A stretch of DNA of 46,911 nucleotides from an uncultured Verrucomicrobiales bacterium. GTDB lineage: Bacteria; Verrucomicrobiota; Verrucomicrobiia; Limisphaerales; Palsa-1400. The translations under genes were made by a program, and so were the position numbers. Every line of letters starts with the position of its first letter. The first letter of the stretch is position 1. Where the stretch lies: positions 1-46,911 of the forward strand of contig CAIUEN010000523.1 in NCBI GenBank assembly GCA_903898185.1, in the 5' to 3' direction. Below, in pieces: positions 36,299 to 43,522 of this stretch. Below the pieces are notes generated by a model. The model saw only the letters and a program-made list of their open reading frames with translations. It was not told where the DNA came from and ran no database searches.

Positions 36299-39200
36299 GA
36301 CCGGCTCAAATATTCGTGGTTCTCTTTCGCCAGCGCGACGAGACGTTGAGCGAGATCGCGTTCGCCGCCCGGACGGCATATTCCGGCCCGGTCGAGATCC
36401 CGAACCAGGGTCTTGGTCAGGAGGTCGCGCATGGCGTCGTTCTTCCAAAAACCGACTTTGCGAACTTCCTGACAGATGCGCTCAACCATGTCCAAGGTTG
36501 TTTTTATGATCTGCTCGCGCTTCTTCGCGTCAAGTTCCCGTCCTTCACTGCATTCTTCGATCACAAGACGAACGAACGGCACTTGCGCTTTAGCGTCCAA
36601 GTCCGGAAAATCGTTTCGGTCGCCATGCTGCAGCTCAGCAATGAGCTTTTTGAGTTCGCGTTCAAGCACGTCCCAATCGTCTTTGAACCGCTGAAGAATT
36701 TCCTCCAGCCGCTGGCTCATCTTCCGGGCGAAGGCTGGGCTCTGATTCGCAAAGCCGATTATGTGATAGCGCGCGGCGTGCTTCATCTCGGCCGCACGTT
36801 CGCGACTGCTCTTCTTGGATTTCAGAACCTTTTCAAAATCCGCGTCAGTGATGGCGGTGGACGGAATCTTCGGGTCAACGCCGCGAGCTGAGATGTGAGC
36901 ATCGATCAGTTCCTTGACCTTCTCCGCTACGCCGAAAAGATTGAGAGCGGGGTCGCGATAGAGGTTGGCCGCCACCTTGTTGATGAACCCAAGCAGCTTG
37001 GCATCTCGGAACACGTCGCCCGGAATTTCCGGACGGTGCTCCAATTGGCCCAGTGTTTCGTAAAACATCCGCAACTTGTTGATGAAATCGGCTCGAATCT
37101 TCAGGTCTTCAAGTAACTGCACGCACCTATCCACCTGCCCCTGCAAATCGGTGACGCCCAGGTCAAAGAATACCGCAACGGCGCGCGCCCGTCGGTCGAG
37201 CAACTTTGGCAACTCGACACTGATGTTGATCAATGCTCCTTCGGTGTCCTCGCCATCGTAATCGGTGAGAGCTTCCTTTAAGTGTCGGGCCACACCGATG
37301 TAGTCCACCACATAACCACACTTTTTCTGGCCGCAAGTTCGGTTTACCCGCGCAATGGCCTGCAAAAGGTCATGAGCTACGATTTTGCGGTCGAGGTAAA
37401 GCACCTGTTCAACCGGCGCATCGAATCCTGTCAATAGCATGTTCATCACGACAAGGATAGAGAGCGGATCGGTCTTTTCGGTCTTGGCTGGGGCAAACTT
37501 CCGCTTGAACCGTTTGATATACTCCTCCTGCTTTTCCTTGTCGGCCCATTCCCACCAGGATTCAGGGTCGTTGTGGTCGCCGGAAAAAACGGCCGCAATC
37601 TCCAGCGCTCGTAGCTTGGGCAATTGCGGGTGAATTTGCACCAGAAGGCGCGTCTTTGCATCGAGCTTTTCCACCTCATCATCGGGCAAGGCCAGTGTGG
37701 CGGCAGGCACAGCTTCCAATTCGCCGACAAATTCATCCCGAGCCCGCGCCAGCTTGTCGAGATAAGTCATGACCGCAGGGCGACTCGTCGCAACAACCTG
37801 CGCTTTGAATCCTTCCGGAAGCGCCACGCCAGCATAGTGCCTGATCATGTCGCGCGCCTTTTGTTCGATGAGCAAAGGCGCATCCATAACGTCCCCCTCG
37901 GTCGCATACTTGGCCTTGATAACGGCCAGTTCCTCTGGCTTGTAATCACGGAACATGTCCTCGAATACGGCGTCGAGGCTGGGGGCATCCTTGACAATGC
38001 CATCCGCCGTCCGGCCTTCGTAAAGAATCGGCACGGTCGCGCCATCCAACTCCGCGTCCCGGATAATATATTTGTCAATAAAGTCGCCGAAGATTTCGCG
38101 AGTCTCTTTCTTTTCGTGACTGAGGATGGGCGTTCCGGTAAAACCGATAATGGCCGCATTGGGCAGAGCCTTGCGCAGATTGCGATGCAACGTGCGTGTA
38201 TGCGAACGATGCGCCTCGTCCACCAACACGAGGATGTCCTCCGAGTCGTTAAGCAGCGGAAAATCCTCGAAATGTATATTCTCCGTAAAAGTGACCTCTT
38301 TTTCAATGACGGCCTCATTCTTGCCGGGCTTTTTCTCCTTGCGCAGAATGGTCATCGTAACCTTATCACCCGCCTCTGGCATCAGGGCCAGTTCATTGCC
38401 TTGGGACTTGCCGCCCACGGGCTGATATTTTTGCAACATCGCCATGATGATGTCCGGCGTCCGCTCGCTCAGGAGCCGCTGTGTCAATGCTGTCGGCGAC
38501 TCGCGCGATTTCAAATCTTCGTCCGTTGGGCGCACGGCTTCACCGCTCAACTGCGCCGTCGCGCCAAGCTGAGCCTGCAGATCGGTGCGGTCGGTCACCA
38601 CCACCACCATGAAACGGTTGAGGCGCGGCATCATGCGCATCTTGCGGACAAGAAAGACCATGGTGAGGCTCTTGCCGGAGCCTTGGGTGTTCCAGATGAT
38701 GCCGCCGCGCTTGTCGCGCTCGGCCCCCTGACTCTTTGTGCGGCCTTCCTGCAACTTGGTGACTGTCTTGTGAACGACGCGAAACTGCTGGTAGCGTGCC
38801 ACCACCTTGCGCGTCTTGCCATCCACCTGTTGAAATACAGTGAAGTTGCGGATCAGGTCGAGGAGGTGCGCTGGACGCAACATGCCGGCGGCGAGAATCT
38901 GCTGGCTTTGGAGCGTCGCGCCTTGGCCGCGCAACGCGGTGGGTCTTTGCTCGGCATTGCGGAAAAAGAGAGGGATGCCAGCACGGTCGCCTTGTTCCTG
39001 GCCGAGCGTGGTCAATTCCTGAGCGGCTTCTGTAACGTCAGCGGATGGCGGCAAGACACCCAGTTCCTGCGCCACGGTGCTCAGTGGCACGGGGCTGGTG
39101 TCCACCCATTCCAAGAAGGCTTCCGGCGGCGCGCCGACGGCGGCCGCGCGCGCCTCAAAGAAGTTGCTGGCGATAAGCAGTTGGTTTGTGTGGAACAGTC

Positions 39201-39813
39201 GCTCCACGCCTTCGTTATCAGTATAACGGGTCGGGTAAACCTCGCGGCGCTGATTCGTGTAGCGCAAGAGCTGGTTGATAGCCTCCTGCAACGGGTTCTG
39301 AATGCCGGGACTCTTAAATTCCGCCACTGACACGGGAATGCCGTTGATGAACATCACAGCGTCCGGGATGACGTGTCCGCACCCGCTGGTGAGTTCGACC
39401 TTGAATTGGTTGATGACGAGGAAATCGTTGTTGGCCGGATTCTTGAAATCAATGAACCGCACCGGCTGGTTGCGCCCAAAATTCCAATCGGGCACACCGT
39501 CAATCTCCGTTCCTTTCAGCAGAAGATTGGTCGCTGATTCGTTGATTTCCATCAGGCGATGGCCCCCGGCCTTTTCCAGCTTTTCAATAATGCGGCGGAT
39601 GCGGTCGTCATCCAGCCACGGCTGCCCATCGCGCAGATTGATCTTCCGCAGGGCTGCCGCTAGGCGGCCTTTCAGGAACACTTCTCGGAAATTGGCCCGC
39701 TCGGTAAAATCCGGCACGTCCTTGTCGCCTTTAATCCACTGCCAGCCCATCGCCTTGAGTTGCTCGCAAAAGGGGCGCTCGACCAGATCGTATTCCCATT
39801 GAATCTTGCTCAT
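36295..39813 (-). CDS. hsdR: Type I restriction endonuclease subunit R
   Basis: PD..(FINGIP)..EFK nuclease motif, QLLRY, TQGSGKS, DEAH, GFTGTP, MLLTGFDAP, LLQAIARVNR. Confidence 0.95.
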   Translation of the reverse strand: MSKIQWEYDLVERPFCEQLKAMGWQWIKGDKDVPDFTERANFREVFLKGRLAAALRKINLRDGQPWLDDDRIRRIIEKLEKAGGHRLMEINESATNLLLKGTEIDGVPDWNFGRNQPVRFIDFKNPANNDFLVINQFKVELTSGCGHVIPDAVMFINGIPVSVAEFKSPGIQNPLQEAINQLLRYTNQRREVYPTRYTDNEGVERLFHTNQLLIASNFFEARAAAVGAPPEAFLEWVDTSPVPLSTVAQELGVLPPSADVTEAAQELTTLGQEQGDRAGIPLFFRNAEQRPTALRGQGATLQSQQILAAGMLRPAHLLDLIRNFTVFQQVDGKTRKVVARYQQFRVVHKTVTKLQEGRTKSQGAERDKRGGIIWNTQGSGKSLTMVFLVRKMRMMPRLNRFMVVVVTDRTDLQAQLGATAQLSGEAVRPTDEDLKSRESPTALTQRLLSERTPDIIMAMLQKYQPVGGKSQGNELALMPEAGDKVTMTILRKEKKPGKNEAVIEKEVTFTENIHFEDFPLLNDSEDILVLVDEAHRSHTRTLHRNLRKALPNAAIIGFTGTPILSHEKKETREIFGDFIDKYIIRDAELDGATVPILYEGRTADGIVKDAPSLDAVFEDMFRDYKPEELAVIKAKYATEGDVMDAPLLIEQKARDMIRHYAGVALPEGFKAQVVATSRPAVMTYLDKLARARDEFVGELEAVPAATLALPDDEVEKLDAKTRLLVQIHPQLPKLRALEIAAVFSGDHNDPESWWEWADKEKQEEYIKRFKRKFAPAKTEKTDPLSILVVMNMLLTGFDAPVEQVLYLDRKIVAHDLLQAIARVNRTCGQKKCGYVVDYIGVARHLKEALTDYDGEDTEGALINISVELPKLLDRRARAVAVFFDLGVTDLQGQVDRCVQLLEDLKIRADFINKLRMFYETLGQLEHRPEIPGDVFRDAKLLGFINKVAANLYRDPALNLFGVAEKVKELIDAHISARGVDPKIPSTAITDADFEKVLKSKKSSRERAAEMKHAARYHIIGFANQSPAFARKMSQRLEEILQRFKDDWDVLERELKKLIAELQHGDRNDFPDLDAKAQVPFVRLVIEECSEGRELDAKKREQIIKTTLDMVERICQEVRKVGFWKNDAMRDLLTKTLVRDLDRAGICRPGGERDLAQRLVALAKENHEYLSRS

Positions 39814-40087
39814 AAAGGATGTTCACAAAATGGCGTTATCACAGAAGGGGGCGTTATGCTAAAAATAGATACGTACGCTATATATTGTGTATTCTTAAAT
39901 AATTGCGGCAAAGCATACAATTCAGGCTTTCTTAGACCTTGCGCTATTTAAGGTCTCTTGGACCATTGCGGCCCACGGTTCTGCCAGACAATAGTTCCTG
40001 ATCCGTAGCGTGCCCGGTTGTTCGGCTTGGGAGAAGCTCGACATCCTTGCCCTGCCACCATTCCACCACCTCCCGCATCATCTCCTT

Positions 40088-40163
40088 CCACTGGCAGCCC
40101 ATTGCCTTGAGCTGTTTGCAAAAGTGGCGCTCGACCAAATCGTATTCCCATTGGATTTTCATA
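40088..40163 (-). pseudogene. Duplicated 5' fragment of hsdR
   Basis: MKIQWEYDLVERHFCKQLKAMGCQW versus hsdR MSKIQWEYDLVERPFCEQLKAMGWQW; the DNA is a diverged direct repeat of 39735-39813. Confidence 0.85.
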
Positions 40164-40190
40164 AAGTCATCATGGCCGAGGCTATCTTGT

Positions 40191-40652
40191 TTAGACAAGC
40201 TCAGGCGCGCGATCAAAAACGCCAAGGTGCCCATCCAGCGACCAAATGAAAACCCGTCTTCCTCGATGGAGGGCGCATTGGCGTTCCCATTCTTTCACGA
40301 TGGTCAAATCGCCCAGACCCAGACCACCCATCGCCCGGTCTGGAAATTCTGCCAGCCAAGATTGTATTGAAACCATCTCAAAAAACGGCGTCGGCGTCCA
40401 GGGGGTGTGCCCATCGATGGCTGCGGTGACTTCGCTCACGAATCGCTCTGCCGCCCGGCGACGCTCGGCACCATTGCCATTTTGCGCAATATGGTTGCCT
40501 GTTTCGACCACTGCAGCCATGGGCAGAAGCAATGTAGTTCTCTCAGTGATGAGTTGCCTCAGTTGCGTTATGACGTCCGTATGGTACTGATCCCGGTTTG
40601 GCACCCGGATGACGTTGCAGAAGACACTGGTGTCGATTAAACAAATGCTCAT
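40191..40652 (-). CDS. PIN-domain-like nuclease (153 aa)
   Basis: Acidic tetrad in PIN spacing: LIDTSV, VVETGN, GLGDL, SLDGHL; ATGA overlap with the upstream ATPase. Confidence 0.75.
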   Translation of the reverse strand: MSICLIDTSVFCNVIRVPNRDQYHTDVITQLRQLITERTTLLLPMAAVVETGNHIAQNGNGAERRRAAERFVSEVTAAIDGHTPWTPTPFFEMVSIQSWLAEFPDRAMGGLGLGDLTIVKEWERQCALHRGRRVFIWSLDGHLGVFDRAPELV

Positions 40653-41956
40653 CGTTTGTCCGTGCTCAGTTCCAATTGCTCCACGTAGGCCAATGCCTCA
40701 CGCTGTTTTTCCTCTGACGGCTTTGCAGTCTTGACCATCCGATCCAAGACTCCCTGTGTCACCAAACGCCCCAACGGGCCTTGAGCAACCAGTTCGGGGT
40801 AATTTGGCAGTGCTTCCAATCGCACCAAGCGACTGTCCCCCTGTTGCGGGTCGCGGTAACAGAACACAACGTCGGGAATCGCGGTAATGGGCAAGGCATC
40901 CAGCAGGGCGGGATTATGGCTCGTCAAAAGAACCACCAGTTTCTGTTCCCGTGCCACCTTTTCAATATTGGCCAACAGCGTCTTTGCCCGGCTGGGATGC
41001 ACCCCATTGTCGATCTCCTCCACGACGACGGTTGAACCCGTGGGAGCTGACAGCAGCCCCGCCGCAACCGCGATTACCCGTAGTGTTCCATCGGACAAAA
41101 CGGCTGCCTCACGGAACTGCTTTTTGCCGCCAAAAGTCTCCTCCAGTTTAACCATCACTTCCTTCCTTGGCCCTTCGAGGAACTGGATGTCGCTGATATC
41201 CTGCTCGGGCAAATCGCGCACAAACGAGAGCATTTTCTCCTTGGCCTGCTGCGTGACGCATAAATCATAAAGCGTGCTGGAGATATTGCTGCCATCCCCT
41301 TTCAATACTTTGTCAACGATGAAACTGTAATTCCGCATTCGGCGCGGCATCGGGTCCAGAAAAAGAATGCGCTCCAATGCCTGCATGAACGACTTTGCCA
41401 CCGTGGAAATTTCTTTTTGCGAACGCTCGTGCTGCGCGGCAAACCGGGCTGGCGTCAGCAATTGTGTGAACACCGCCTGCTGATCGGTGCAGGTGATCTG
41501 CGGCTTGTTGCCGCCGCGCGAGAAATTATTGTAGCTGACCAGCAGATCATGCGAGAAGCCGCTGATACCCTGATCCACTTGATACAGCGGGAGATTTTCA
41601 TTGGGGCTTCCCACACGTTCCTGGACAATCCGCATTCCCTCCGGCCCGACGCTGATCTCGACCACCAAATCGCTCCACTCCGACAGGTGTTGGAGGACGC
41701 AGCCTAAACGGAAGCTGGCGGCACCTTCATAGGTCAGGTCGGAAACCGTCCCACGAATGAGCAATTCCGATTCCTGCACCGCTTGAAACACATCTTCAAG
41801 ACGCCGCCCCCGCGAGAGCCACGAAAGCATTTGCATGCCCTCCAAGGCATTGCTTTTCCCGGAAGCATTGGCACCAATCAACAAGGTCAGCGGCGAAAGG
41901 TCGAGCGATGCATCTCGATAACTCTTGAAGTTGGCCAATGTGAACTTCTTTAACAT
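40649..41956 (-). CDS. ABC-type (AAA_21/AAA_15-like) non-transporter ATPase
   Basis: NFKSY, Walker A GANASGKS, signature LSDGT, Walker B/D-loop VVVEEIDNGVHP, H-loop TSHNP; no TM partner. Confidence 0.88.
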   Translation of the reverse strand: MLKKFTLANFKSYRDASLDLSPLTLLIGANASGKSNALEGMQMLSWLSRGRRLEDVFQAVQESELLIRGTVSDLTYEGAASFRLGCVLQHLSEWSDLVVEISVGPEGMRIVQERVGSPNENLPLYQVDQGISGFSHDLLVSYNNFSRGGNKPQITCTDQQAVFTQLLTPARFAAQHERSQKEISTVAKSFMQALERILFLDPMPRRMRNYSFIVDKVLKGDGSNISSTLYDLCVTQQAKEKMLSFVRDLPEQDISDIQFLEGPRKEVMVKLEETFGGKKQFREAAVLSDGTLRVIAVAAGLLSAPTGSTVVVEEIDNGVHPSRAKTLLANIEKVAREQKLVVLLTSHNPALLDALPITAIPDVVFCYRDPQQGDSRLVRLEALPNYPELVAQGPLGRLVTQGVLDRMVKTAKPSEEKQREALAYVEQLELSTDKR

Positions 41957-41988
41957 AATGAAAATGTATCAGATGGGTGTGGCGTTGG

Positions 41989-42180
41989 TCATTTCTTAAT
42001 CTGAAGGGTGTCCTGCCCAAGCTGCGCCTCGCCAGAAAGCTCTGCCAGCTCTCGATTGATGATTTCAAGCCGCACCTTGAGGCTTCGCAGGTCAATCACA
42101 TCCTCTACTGGCATATCGGCAATCATGCGCTCCAGAGCAGACCGTTCCGATAAGAGACTTTGTTGCTCAATGCTGCGCAT
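41989..42180 (-). pseudogene. Short helical ORF, probably a truncated gene fragment
   Basis: MRSIEQQSLLSERSALERMIADMPVEDVIDLRSLKVRLEIINRELAEL looks protein-like (coiled coil) and ends after 63 aa. Confidence 0.4.
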
Positions 42181-42307
42181 AGTGTTCGGAAAAGGGGACG
42201 GCGTAGAGATCCCGATCGGACGATGTCGAAGCCTCCGCGTCAATCGGCGACAAGATGCCATCGACGTTCCAATGATGTATGGCCACAAGTGGCAGCATAG
42301 GGAAAGC

Positions 42308-43522
42308 TTATAGTTTCGTTGTGGACAAGTCGAGCACGGGCACGCGGACGCGGCCGGTGAGAAGGTCGGTCATCAGGCCGGATTTCAGATGGTGGAGTTT
42401 TGCCTTCTCGTTTTCCTCGGCGCTCAGGCTCTTATCGGCTGCGTCTAATTGAGCTTCGATAATCGTCTGCTCTTCAATCTTGGGGAGCGCGATCTTCTGA
42501 AACGATATTTTTTGAACGGACAGTCCAGGTTGAGCCGACGATTCGGAAAAGCGATTAAGATTCATGCGCGTGAGATAACAGGCCAACCATCCCGCACTGA
42601 TTTTTTTTACTGGAGCACAAACAACTGCGTGCTCAGTAGCGAAGAATTTTCCCGAGGCCATGACGATGTTTCCGCACAAAGCTCCCTGCCTCCCAATTAT
42701 GGCGTAACGCCCATGGTGGGTAAAACGCGAAGTAAATCCCCGAACGCCATTCCCGCCGAAAACGGGATACGTTCCCATTTCTGAAACGTCTTCACTGGTC
42801 AACATCTCGCCTGCTTGCATTGACAAAGCTTCCCCAAGACTCGTTACCTCCCACTCTTTGGGGATTTGCCCGAGAGGGGAGTCTTGGAATTGTTCAGGGT
42901 GGGCGATGGGGTCGCGGAGTTGGCCGTGCTGGTCGAGGCCGCGGGTGAGGAGGTCGTGGAGCAAGCCGACGCGCACCTGCCGCAGCTTCGCAATCACCGC
43001 ACCGGTCTTTGAGATTGCCTCGTCAACTGTGTCCAGAACCGCCGCAATGCGGGACTGCTCTGCAATTCCCAATTTGGGAACTCGGAAGTTCGTGAAAAAG
43101 TCTGACTGAACTCGCTGCTGCCCCGCAGAACCACCCATAAATGCAATGGCTCGCATGCGTGTGTTACTATCTTGTAAGCAATGGAAAAGGAAGCGTGCAG
43201 AATTTTCGCCCCGCGCGCGCAATACGTGAAACTCAGTGCTGCCAAAGCCTACCCCGTTCGCCAGACCTATAGCATGCGCTCCTTTGCCGTTCTCCATGCA
43301 AGGCGTGATTTTTGCGAAAAGCACGTCATCTTCAGCGAACGGCGTGTATCCAAAACGCACGTCATCAAAGCGTCGTTCCTGGCGATTCACCCATTGACCA
43401 CTTTCGGTCACGTCCGACATCCGGATGAAAGAAACAGGTGTGTCCTCGCGCATTCGCTGCAGATCCACCCTTGGATTCACTTCGGCTAGGTCGGCGATTG
43501 CGTTGGTTTCCTGTGCGTTCAT
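42308..43522 (-). CDS. hsdS: Type I RM specificity subunit
   Basis: Two TRDs (FAKITPCMENGK..GSTEF; YPVFGGNG..IGRQGALCG), conserved EQ..IA helices, linker DSPLGQIPKEW, C-terminal GLMTDLLTG. Confidence 0.93.
   Translation of the reverse strand: MNAQETNAIADLAEVNPRVDLQRMREDTPVSFIRMSDVTESGQWVNRQERRFDDVRFGYTPFAEDDVLFAKITPCMENGKGAHAIGLANGVGFGSTEFHVLRARGENSARFLFHCLQDSNTRMRAIAFMGGSAGQQRVQSDFFTNFRVPKLGIAEQSRIAAVLDTVDEAISKTGAVIAKLRQVRVGLLHDLLTRGLDQHGQLRDPIAHPEQFQDSPLGQIPKEWEVTSLGEALSMQAGEMLTSEDVSEMGTYPVFGGNGVRGFTSRFTHHGRYAIIGRQGALCGNIVMASGKFFATEHAVVCAPVKKISAGWLACYLTRMNLNRFSESSAQPGLSVQKISFQKIALPKIEEQTIIEAQLDAADKSLSAEENEKAKLHHLKSGLMTDLLTGRVRVPVLDLSTTKL

Noticed and set aside
37624-39330. 568-aa plus-strand ORF
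   Set aside because: Wholly antisense to hsdR with no motifs; a shadow ORF from codon bias. The same applies to 4841..5677, 12208..13101, 27900..28598 and 45475..46308.
42308-43522. Phase-variable or invertible hsdS
   Set aside because: Single hsdS with no flanking inverted repeats, no recombinase and no clear simple-sequence tract beyond short A/T runs
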